A DNA stretch of 32,000 nucleotides from positions 600,001-632,000 of the forward strand of contig CBDCNV010000001.1 in the NCBI GenBank assembly GCA_965219535.1. The letters run 5' to 3'. A program made the position numbers and the translations under genes. The notes under the pieces are model-generated. The model made no database searches. It was not told the DNA's origin and was given only the letters and a program-made list of their open reading frames with translations. The stretch's first letter is position 1. Every line of letters starts with the position of its first letter. This document shows positions 1 through 7,140 of this stretch, piece by piece. The DNA comes from Opitutales bacterium (GTDB lineage: Bacteria > Verrucomicrobiota > Verrucomicrobiia > Opitutales > PNEW01).

Positions 1-893
1 ACTTTTTGCTGCATCATTTCGGTGGACGGATTGCGACTCGTATAGTAGAGAAAGCTTTCTCCGAAAGCGTCCGCAACGCTCACTGCATCATGATCTTCTC
101 CGGTCATACTCAACTCGGACATTATATCCTCCTGGCTGTAGGGATCTCCGCTGAACAGCGTATAGCCATAAGTATCGATTGCAAACAAGTAGATTGATTC
201 GTGTTTCCATCGTGGCTCCTTCGTCAATGTGTTGATCGCGAAGTAGCCCTTCATTTCAAGTTCCATCGCAGCGCAACGGACAAACTCCTTCAACCTCTCG
301 TTGTAAGGATCACTATCGAGCAACATGGCATTGACTTCTTCACTGTTGCACGTGCCCGGGATGTCACGGCGGTAGATCCCCGCGCCAATCGCGGCCGGAG
401 TCCCGTCCCAGTCGATGCTCTTGATGTAGGTAACCTTCGGTTCATCCCTGCCCGTCTCCGGGTTTGTAAAGGAGTAGTAAATCCAACCCTCACCGACGCT
501 GCTTACGATACGATGCTGTTCCCTGTAGTAGTCGTTGCTGAAGGCATCGATCAGCAACCCTAGCGTCGATCCTTCCTTGGGCCGATCGGGCGGGAAGACG
601 AAGAGTCGCGCTTGATCACTCATCGTTGTTGCTTCGGAGACGAAGACATAGATCGGACCGCTTCTCCAACGCTCGTCCTCGTTAAAGGCCCTGCGGGCCT
701 CATCAAAGCCCTCTTCCTGGACATACTCGTAGGCGCATTGAACGAACGCTTCTACGTCCCCCGTTGTGCGCACCGCGCTGGCCACGATCGAGTGATCCGC
801 GCAAGTCACAACTTCAGCAGTGACAAACGTTGGCGACACAACGCACATTGAGATTAATGGTATCAACAATGGACAGAGGTGGTGTTTCAACAT
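1..893 (-). CDS. Secreted/periplasmic tandem Cache-like (sCache_2-type) ligand-binding domain protein, N-terminal part. The ORF continues past the left edge of the window.
   Basis: Manual minus-strand translation from the ATG (complement of 891-893) is open down to position 3. It begins MLKHHLCPLLIPLISMCVVSPTFVTAEV, which looks like a signal peptide. Next comes DVEAFVQCAYEYVQEEGFDEARRAFNEDERWRSGPIYVFV...GEGWIYYSFTNPETGRDEPKVTYIKSI...AIGAGIY. A second copy of the pattern follows (NERLKEFVRCAAMELEMKGYFAINTLTKEPRWKHESIYLFAID...FLYYTSRNP). This layout is typical of single-Cache-2 sensor domains. The ORF is missing from the track because no stop codon lies in the window. The plus-strand ORFs 6..197, 201..563 and 612..851 are antisense shadows. 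Confidence 0.6.
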   Translation of the reverse strand, partial: MLKHHLCPLLIPLISMCVVSPTFVTAEVVTCADHSIVASAVRTTGDVEAFVQCAYEYVQEEGFDEARRAFNEDERWRSGPIYVFVSEATTMSDQARLFVFPPDRPKEGSTLGLLIDAFSNDYYREQHRIVSSVGEGWIYYSFTNPETGRDEPKVTYIKSIDWDGTPAAIGAGIYRRDIPGTCNSEEVNAMLLDSDPYNERLKEFVRCAAMELEMKGYFAINTLTKEPRWKHESIYLFAIDTYGYTLFSGDPYSQEDIMSELSMTGEDHDAVSVADAFGESFLYYTSRNPSTEMMQQK

Positions 894-1553
894 TGGTAAA
901 TATGGGGGACTGGGCGCTATTGGAAAAAGCGGGAAGTCATATACAATGATTTAATAAAATTTGTCAATGGTACCCAAAAAGGTTCAAAGCTTAGACACTC
1001 CCCGGAAGCTTGGGTAAAGCAATCAACAGCTCTTGAGATAGGGAATGAACATGAATGCTCACGACAAATACATGGGCTTGGGGATCGTAAGAAATGGCAG
1101 CAACAATGATTTAAAACGAAACGCATTTTATTGGCTCTAAAATGTACGATCACCCATCGTTATGAAACTTACCCTGCCTTAAGATGCAAACGCCCTTTCA
1201 CGAGGCGCTCAGACCCCTTCACGGGTAAATCAAATCAATCTCAGTGGCTTCAAAAAGTTTCCCCACCCTTGAAACTATTTAATCGAGCGTACGAAAGCGC
1301 GCATTGTCTTTTAGAGTATATCCCTGTGGTAAAATAGCAAAGAAGAGAATTTGTCCTCAATGTCCGTTAATTTATATATTCATAAAAATACGCTATAACC
1401 CATAATTAGCTTCTGACAGAATCTTATCGTAACTGCTGGAAGTATCCTCTATAGAAAATATTAGAGATAACCCCAAAACAGATATATGCACACGTATATA
1501 TAATTCTTATTCTTCTTCTTTTTCTAATTCTTCTTATTCTTGTTTATTGAAAA

Positions 1554-1622
1554 CAATTTTCACCCAGCATGAAAATATTTTTCATGCGGCCGAGAAACAT
1601 TTTTCATGCGAGTGAAAAATTG
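1554..1622. repeat. Nested palindrome and direct-repeat cluster. Candidate replication origin or operator of the element.
   Basis: Perfect palindrome CATGAAAA-TAT-TTTTCATG at 1568-1586. A 12-bp direct repeat ATTTTTCATGCG at 1577-1588 and 1599-1610, spaced 22 bp apart. An outer inverted pair CAATTTTCAC (1554-1563) / GTGAAAAATTG (1612-1622). A TTCTT-rich tract precedes it at 1504-1545. The cluster lies just downstream of the DnaC-like gene. Confidence 0.4.
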
Positions 1623-1781
1623 CTATAATATTATCTGCAAATTTATTTCGACCCGCGTTATTAATTCTGGTGAGTTTCTCTAACTGCTATATAAGGGCAA
1701 GGAGTAACATTTTCTGAATAAAGAATATGTCTTTTCATAAACAGAAGCTATAGAATCAAGACCTTCCCTGCACTAGTGGTT

Positions 1782-2696
1782 CTACTTGAAAGCTTTTTCC
1801 AAATACTGTGAATTCATATTTTTCCGTTTCGAAGGGAAACCAAATTGCAGGTTTTCAAACAATGCTTGTTTGATTCGATCCAGTAACCTTGGATCGATTA
1901 TTTTTTTAAGTTCTTCGGTCGTATTATTTGTCACAAGTATCGTGGGGAGTAATTCCTGAATACGATAGTCCAAAATCTCGAATGTTATTAATGCCTCGTC
2001 CTGACTATGATTAACGAAACCAAATTCATCAATACATAGGAGTGGTGATTCTTTTAATATTTCATATCTTTCTGGTTTTTTTGGTCCTTTTACATATCCC
2101 CCCGCCGAAAGAGATAGATATCCATAATCTTCCTCTTCTTCAGTATTGGTATTTGGCCTATTGTAGTGAAAATTCCGATATTCTCGTATTAAACCTAAAT
2201 GAGTGACGTAGTTAAACGATAGCGATGTTTCTCTTAAAATAGATACCGTCAAATGAGTTTTTCCAGTTCCAATTCCTCCTTGCATAAGCAAAAATCCATG
2301 AGGCTCTTTTGCATATGATCTTACTCTTTTGACTATACTTTCCAGGTTTTTCTCATCGCATTTAAAGTTATCAAAAGAAAAATCACGATACAGTCTTGAG
2401 ATACCCTCGGCTTTTGCTCCTCTTTCCCAATTGCATTCTGTGCATTGGCCAATGAAGTATAACCGCCAATGATCGCTGGCTAATGCTGGTGTCATTACAT
2501 ATCGTTTGAGCACATCGTTATATTCTTTAACGCTGCTTATGCTTTCTTCAGCTTTTAAGATTAATTGCTCTTCTTCGTGAATGGCACAAAATTGTGGTGA
2601 TAACTTTGACAACCATAATTCGTGTGCTTTTTCTATTTCTGATGCATCACTTTTCAATACATCTTCCCATATTACGTTTGGACCGTCTCTTTTCAT
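1782..2696 (-). CDS. DnaC/IstB-like AAA+ ATPase (putative helicase loader) of the element
   Basis: Walker A motif GGIGTGKTH preceded by FSFDNF, as in DnaC. Walker B-like LLCIDEFGF. Overlaps the upstream gene by 4 nt (ATGA). Confidence 0.75.
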   Translation of the reverse strand: MKRDGPNVIWEDVLKSDASEIEKAHELWLSKLSPQFCAIHEEEQLILKAEESISSVKEYNDVLKRYVMTPALASDHWRLYFIGQCTECNWERGAKAEGISRLYRDFSFDNFKCDEKNLESIVKRVRSYAKEPHGFLLMQGGIGTGKTHLTVSILRETSLSFNYVTHLGLIREYRNFHYNRPNTNTEEEEDYGYLSLSAGGYVKGPKKPERYEILKESPLLCIDEFGFVNHSQDEALITFEILDYRIQELLPTILVTNNTTEELKKIIDPRLLDRIKQALFENLQFGFPSKRKNMNSQYLEKAFK

Positions 2697-3454
2697 AGTT
2701 CCTCCTTTATTCCTGTTTTAAAATTCTCGTTTGAAATTTGTTGAGGTTTAAATTGGTTCGAAGCATTTTTTACATTTTGTGACCATTCAGATGGGTCATC
2801 ATTATAGCGCTCCTGATTGAAGAATGTACTTGGATGGGGAATATATCTGTGATCGCCGTTATACTCCTTTGCGTATAATTTTGTCTTTTCAAAAACGTGT
2901 TTAAAGCCGTCCTTTTTTATGGCCTTTTTAATTACGCTAATGGCATAAGGTTTACCTACTTTTTTTGGGTACATTTTGTAGATTTCCTCTGCTTGTTGCA
3001 CAAGCTCGTGTCCAGAATTATTCAAGTGCTTTTTGCTCTTTTCTTGAGCGCAGCTACTCGACGATTTATCTGTTGAATTCAATTCCGGTGATTCATTAGG
3101 GAGTGAATCATCAGATAGGTTTGAAGTAGAACTTTGATATTGGTGATAATTTATAACTTTGATTAGAGATCCCCTGTATTTTCCCTTTGGGTTGGATGTT
3201 TTGATGAAACCTATTGATTCCAGCTTTCTAAGGGCTTTGCGAAGGGTGGGAGCGGTCAGTGACGTTTCAGTGTTCATTTTTTTGATCGTTCGGAATGTCT
3301 CACCTCTTTCGATGGTGATCTCTCCCCAGGGCAAAGCCTTATGATTACAAGATAAGATTAGATATATGGCTGTTTTCACGGTTGCCGGTGATAGTTGCCA
3401 AAGATCTGAGTCAAGTAGCTTTCTATGCAGAAATATATAACCGAGTTGTGTCAT
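2693..3454 (-). CDS. Winged-helix replication organiser / phage-type replication protein
   Basis: The N-terminus (YIFLHRKLLDSDLW...TFRTIKKMNTETSLTAPTLRKALRKLESIGFI) resembles the wHTH N-domains of phage and plasmid replication initiators. The C-terminal motif YPKKVGKPYAISVIKKAI...YIPHPSTFFNQERYNDD recurs in mobile-element proteins. The gene is translationally coupled to the DnaC-like gene. Confidence 0.55.
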   Translation of the reverse strand: MTQLGYIFLHRKLLDSDLWQLSPATVKTAIYLILSCNHKALPWGEITIERGETFRTIKKMNTETSLTAPTLRKALRKLESIGFIKTSNPKGKYRGSLIKVINYHQYQSSTSNLSDDSLPNESPELNSTDKSSSSCAQEKSKKHLNNSGHELVQQAEEIYKMYPKKVGKPYAISVIKKAIKKDGFKHVFEKTKLYAKEYNGDHRYIPHPSTFFNQERYNDDPSEWSQNVKNASNQFKPQQISNENFKTGIKEEL

Positions 3455-3465
3455 TTTTTTATGTT

Positions 3466-3717
3466 TTAACGTCCTCCGAGGGATGGGATTTCGAGTTTCT
3501 GCAGAGTCATCAGGATCGCAGCCAACCTGAACAACCTGCGCCGACCGAGTTTAATAAATGGAAGTACCCGACGAGCCACTAAATTGCGTATATGGCGTGT
3601 TGAACAGCCAAGATACTCTGCCAACTCAATTTCATTCATTATGGCAGGAGGATTTCTACGAAGTTGAGCTTTTGCATCTTCGTAGCTGTTCGGAAAATGA
3701 TTATTCTTAGTTTCCAT
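3466..3717 (-). CDS. AlpA/excisionase-family helix-turn-helix DNA-binding protein
   Basis: MNEIELAEYLGCSTRHIRNLVARRVLPFIKLGRRRLF matches the HTH_17/excisionase-type pattern. The protein is small (83 aa) and sits between the integrase block and the replication genes. Confidence 0.7.
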   Translation of the reverse strand: METKNNHFPNSYEDAKAQLRRNPPAIMNEIELAEYLGCSTRHIRNLVARRVLPFIKLGRRRLFRLAAILMTLQKLEIPSLGGR

Positions 3718-3772
3718 TTTACAAAGAAACAGTATAAGAATTTTAAAGCTCTTTGCAGCCCTAACATTTGAG

Positions 3773-3805
3773 CGATAATAAAATATATTATCGCCGAATC
3801 GCCGA
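3773..3805 (-). promoter_or_regulatory. Candidate operator upstream of the HTH gene
   Basis: Perfect 8-bp inverted repeat CGATAATA-N5-TATTATCG at 3773-3793, followed at once by the tandem 8-mer ATCGCCGA ATCGCCGA (3790-3805). It lies 56-88 nt upstream of the HTH start at 3717. Confidence 0.3.
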
Positions 3806-3852
3806 AAAATAACCTAGTGTTCTAGACCACTAAAAATGAGCCATTTGAAAAG

Positions 3853-4797
3853 TTAGTCCGGGGAACCCGGCGGCTTCTCGAATAACTCTTTTAGAACTGA
3901 TTCAACAATTTTAGGTGTCTTCAACCAATCTTCATTCCGAACATATAAAGGGCCCCTTTCGCTTTTACTATTAATACCCCATGTCTTTTCCTTGGCTGTT
4001 TGAAAATTACCATAGTGCACCAACGCCCGTTTGGCTGCTAAACTTTTTAGGTCAGAGGTGTAATTTTTCTTACCCCTTCTTACTTTATTTAAAACTTTAA
4101 CGTTTCTTTCTTTTCTGACCCGCTTAAGTAAGTCACGTATGTGCTTAAATTGCTTCTCAATAATGCTATCGTCATACTGTAAATTTAATTGAGATATTAC
4201 CCAAATAAAGTTTTCGTCCTCCTCATTAAAAATTTGCTTCTCAAGTTCTTTCCATTTTTTACCGAATACTTTTTCTATACCCTTATATTTCTTCTTGTAC
4301 TCGGGTGAGGGTATCTGAAAGCCATGATTGAGTAAAAAGACTCTATCTTTAGTTAACCAATCTAATTGCCTTTTAAATGACTTAAGCAACCTGTTTTGCA
4401 GGTCTTCTTCCAGCTCACAAAAAGGATTTTCCCTAAATTTAGGAAAGTGGATCTCTCCTGTAGGTCTACCGTGTAATTCTGATTCTACCTCTCCTGCTAC
4501 CTCGTGAATAAACTTAGCAGCTGAAGTTTTAATTTCGAGTGCATCATCATATTCTGGCAAACCAGTTGCCCAGGTGTTTGATATCTGGTCGTCTATTTCC
4601 TTTTTATCTGATATCAAGGCGTCTGGTATAGACTCAGCTATTTTGTCTAAATACTTTTCGTAATTTTCATGTCCTTTTATGTAATATTCACGGCCGAATT
4701 CGTAGTAATATAACAACTTTCTAAAATCCTCTTTACCCGGGCCATAAAACCCGGTGAAATTCCATTCTGCCTCTGGAAGTTCAGGTTTTGACGGCAT
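3853..4797 (-). CDS. Hypothetical protein (314 aa) of unknown function, element-encoded
   Basis: A long ORF whose ATG directly abuts the integrase stop codon (TAA-ATG). It is Lys/Glu-rich and I recognise no motif. The basic C-terminal stretch (KVRRGKKNYTSDLKSLAAKRALVHYG) could bind nucleic acid. Confidence 0.6.
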   Translation of the reverse strand: MPSKPELPEAEWNFTGFYGPGKEDFRKLLYYYEFGREYYIKGHENYEKYLDKIAESIPDALISDKKEIDDQISNTWATGLPEYDDALEIKTSAAKFIHEVAGEVESELHGRPTGEIHFPKFRENPFCELEEDLQNRLLKSFKRQLDWLTKDRVFLLNHGFQIPSPEYKKKYKGIEKVFGKKWKELEKQIFNEEDENFIWVISQLNLQYDDSIIEKQFKHIRDLLKRVRKERNVKVLNKVRRGKKNYTSDLKSLAAKRALVHYGNFQTAKEKTWGINSKSERGPLYVRNEDWLKTPKIVESVLKELFEKPPGSPD

Positions 4798-6087
4798 TTA
4801 ATGTACCTTCTTGGCTTGTGGAAAAGGGAGGACTTGAGATTTTTTTAACTGTCCCGGGCGAATGTCGAAATATTGCTTTCCTTCCCCCCTGCGTACGAAC
4901 GCACGGTAGGAGTCAAACAATTGCTGATCACTGGAGCGATGCCCCATAACAGTTGCTGTCTTCAAAGGATCCCCGGACATTTCGAAATAATAGGAGCCAA
5001 ACGAGTGTCGCATCAGGTTAGCATGCCATTTGTGAAACCCAGCTAATCGGTGAAGTTTCGTGAATTTCTTTTTGTAATCTAAAGGACATATCGGGCCTTC
5101 CCTCTCGGGGCAAAGAAACAGCCACTCAAGTAAGTTATCTTCAATTGTGACCATGCGCACCTTTCTTTTCTTGGATATCTTTGAAGAGATATAGATCGTC
5201 TTTTCATCCAATTGAATATTATCCCATCTTAGTCTGGTCATTTCTGCAACGCGAATACCGGCAAATAGTCCAATGGCAATAGAGGGTAATAATTCCAAGT
5301 GTGGGTGCTGGTAGGCAGAACTGATCAAGTTGCGCGCTTCTTCTAGCCTTAATATTTTTGGTTCTACCCAATCGATTTTGGGAGGCCTGATGCGAGCGAC
5401 AGGATTCTCTCCCATTCTATAGCCTTCTCGAATCGCAAATCCAAAAAGATCGCAGACGGTTCTACGGTAATTTGATATGCTGCAGGGGCTAAGGTTGGGG
5501 AAAGATTTTAACCAGTCTTCGATTTGAGATTTATTAACATCTTTTACCAATAGATGACCGAATGATTCTGAAAACTTGCTCCCCCTGCTTCTAAAGTCTT
5601 CAATACTTCGGGGCCTTAAGTTCCTTTTAACTTTATCCTGAAGAGATTTCTCAACGAGTTCACTAATACTGATATCACCTTTTTCTGGTTTCAGGTGGGC
5701 AACAGCGAATTTTACCACGCTGGGTAAAGTCATATCCAGACCGTCTATCATAACAAAGGCTTCAATGGCTTGCTCTCGTTGCCAGGGGGTAATATCGAAA
5801 GCTGCCTGTCCTTGTCTCTGTGCTTGTGCAAACTGAAACTCTGCCCAGGTGTATGCTTCTTTCTTTTTTGTAAACTGTTTAAGTAATCTTTTACCCGCTA
5901 ACCTTGCAGGGACTTCGACGCGGTAGCTTATGCCGAACGATCTGTTGGCGGTTCGATTAAGAATTTCTCGAATATGTATCCCACTTTTAGAAGGATAAAT
6001 CCAGACTTTAGACTTTCTTTTTTTTATGCCCGTTGCATTGCTTACCATGAGTGGAAACATCATTTCTATTCCCACTTCAATTGTCAA
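4798..6087 (-). CDS. Tyrosine recombinase / phage-type integrase
   Basis: The catalytic-domain pattern is present: AGIRVAEMTRLRWDNIQLD (Arg I), HANLMRHSFGSYYF (H-x-x-R) and MGHRSSDQQLFDSYRAF (His and the Tyr nucleophile). The track start at 6087 is a TTG. The ATG at 6063 or 6060 (MMFPLMV...) is the more likely start. Confidence 0.85.
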   Translation of the reverse strand: MTIEVGIEMMFPLMVSNATGIKKRKSKVWIYPSKSGIHIREILNRTANRSFGISYRVEVPARLAGKRLLKQFTKKKEAYTWAEFQFAQAQRQGQAAFDITPWQREQAIEAFVMIDGLDMTLPSVVKFAVAHLKPEKGDISISELVEKSLQDKVKRNLRPRSIEDFRSRGSKFSESFGHLLVKDVNKSQIEDWLKSFPNLSPCSISNYRRTVCDLFGFAIREGYRMGENPVARIRPPKIDWVEPKILRLEEARNLISSAYQHPHLELLPSIAIGLFAGIRVAEMTRLRWDNIQLDEKTIYISSKISKKRKVRMVTIEDNLLEWLFLCPEREGPICPLDYKKKFTKLHRLAGFHKWHANLMRHSFGSYYFEMSGDPLKTATVMGHRSSDQQLFDSYRAFVRRGEGKQYFDIRPGQLKKSQVLPFPQAKKVH

Positions 6088-6220
6088 TGATTTTAATAGG
6101 AATATGATAGGATCATTTAAGCATACAACGGATAAATCTGGATTATCGCTCTCCTATACAATCATAAAAATCTAATTATAAACATTTTATATTTATTATT
6201 CCTGAGGAAGTCATTCAGAT

Positions 6221-6337
6221 TCAAATTATAGAACCCCGACCGTGTAAATCGCGCTCCAAGCCTATTAAACCGCCCAGCAATGATGCCAGGAGCATCCTAA
6301 TGATAAGATCACCGTATTGATCAAAAAGTACAGACAT
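6221..6337 (-). pseudogene. Truncated N-terminal stub (38 aa) of an MgtC/SapB-family membrane protein
   Basis: A GGAGGA Shine-Dalgarno lies 4 nt before the ATG (complement of 6335-6337). The product MSVLFDQYGDLIIRMLLASLLGGLIGLERDLHGRGS-II-stop matches the conserved MgtC N-terminus (LLGxLIGxER...G+xAGLRT) up to the point where AGLRT should follow. The sequence then turns into AT-rich DNA. I found no remainder of the gene in the window. Confidence 0.45.
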
Positions 6338-6477
6338 AAAATCCTCCATAAAACTAGCTGACGTATTAGTTGGCAGGGTCTACATCTCTGCCGATTGGTA
6401 TCCTATTCTTTAAGTCGATTGGATCAAGAAGGTTTTATAAACGTGTATGCTTAACCTGTTCGACCTGCCCCTCAGTA

Positions 6478-6957
6478 TCAGAGGTTGAGATCGGATAAGG
6501 AGGGATGGTCCTCCGGCCTTCTTCCGAGAGGCCAGTGATATTTACGATCAGCGGGCGTGATAGGCAAATCGTTAATACTCGCGATGCGGCGTTGCATTAA
6601 TCCATTGTCCGCAAACTCCCAATTCTCGTTCCCGTACGACCGGTACCAATTCCCGGAATCGTCATGACTTTCATAGGCAAAACGAACCGCAATTCGCCGA
6701 TCACTAAAAGCCCACAATTCCTTTATAAGTCGGTAATCCAGTTCCTTCTCCCATTTACGCGTTAAGAATTGCACGATCATGTCCCGTCCCTGCAAAAATT
6801 CAGACCGGTTTCGCCAGATACTATCGACAGTATAAGCAAGCGAAACCTTAGCGGGATCACGAGAATTCCAAGCGTCTTCCGCCATGCGGACTTTCTGCAC
6901 CGCACCTTCACAATCGAAGGGTGGAAGGGGTGGGCGCGGTTCTTCTGTTTGAGACAT
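6478..6957 (-). CDS. DUF1348 / NTF2-like family protein
   Basis: [68 protein letters not shown]...[24 protein letters not shown]...[12 protein letters not shown] closely follows the conserved DUF1348 sequence as I remember it. Confidence 0.8.
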   Translation of the reverse strand: MSQTEEPRPPLPPFDCEGAVQKVRMAEDAWNSRDPAKVSLAYTVDSIWRNRSEFLQGRDMIVQFLTRKWEKELDYRLIKELWAFSDRRIAVRFAYESHDDSGNWYRSYGNENWEFADNGLMQRRIASINDLPITPADRKYHWPLGRRPEDHPSLSDLNL

Positions 6958-6983
6958 TTGTGTCCTCTCTGTTAATATGATGG

Positions 6984-7030
6984 CGACCTAAATGCCGCCA
7001 TGACAATCACAAAAAGATCGACATGACCCC
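6984..7030 (-). repeat. Copy A of the GGGGTCATGTCGATCTTTTTGT...AGGTCG intergenic motif
   Basis: On the minus strand it reads GGGGTCATGTCGATCTTTTTGTGATTGTCATGGCGGCATTTAGGTCG. It lies 27-73 nt upstream of the DUF1348 start codon. Confidence 0.7.
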
Positions 7031-7140
7031 TTTTGGAATCTTCGCTTTCCTTAGTCCTATAAACCATTTGCATCCGGAAACACGCTCAATTAAATTGCTG
7101 CGAACGACGGGGTCCGAGCAATTCCAATAGCGCATGCATT

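Larger units (their letters stand above)
940..6100 (-). mobile_element. Compact integrative/replicative element (int, orf314, AlpA-like HTH, replication organiser, DnaC-like ATPase, ori-like repeats). Boundaries are approximate.
   Basis: Five co-directional, tightly packed genes (a 4-nt overlap at 2693-2696, and stop/start abutting at 4797/4798). GC content is visibly lower here: sampled lines are about 30-40% versus about 50% in the flanks. The element sits between unrelated chromosomal genes. Candidate imperfect direct repeats are TTGTCAATG (961-969 and 6081-6089) and CAATGATTT(T)AATA (944-956 and 6085-6098). No tRNA target was found. Confidence 0.6.

Noticed and set aside
6-851. Three plus-strand ORFs from the track (6..197, 201..563, 612..851)
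   Set aside because: Their products are low-complexity and Arg/Cys-rich with no motifs. The opposite strand carries one continuous frame of at least 297 codons with a signal peptide and two Cache-like repeats, so these ORFs are antisense shadows.
894-1781. Possible tRNA or protein-coding integration target, or small genes, in the long non-coding part of the AT-rich tract (including ORFs 917..1153 and 1131..1337)
   Set aside because: I could find no cloverleaf-compatible sequence or GTTCGAATC-type T-loop. Both ORF products are Cys/Arg/His-rich and not protein-like, and neither has a convincing ribosome-binding site.
1448-6238. TATAGAA and (A/G)AACCCC strings near both ends as att sites that would reconstitute the MgtC gene
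   Set aside because: The matches are only 7-8 nt in AT-rich DNA. Joining the ends gives H-G-R-G-(S-I-E-D-T... or Y-L-stop) rather than the expected AGLRT membrane sequence, so they do not restore mgtC.
7008-7136. 43-aa minus-strand ORF ending in the motif (MRYWNCSDPVV...KGVMSIFL)
   Set aside because: It has no ribosome-binding site and overlaps the promoter/start region of the FG-GAP gene. The equivalent frame is closed by a stop just upstream of the motif in copy D.
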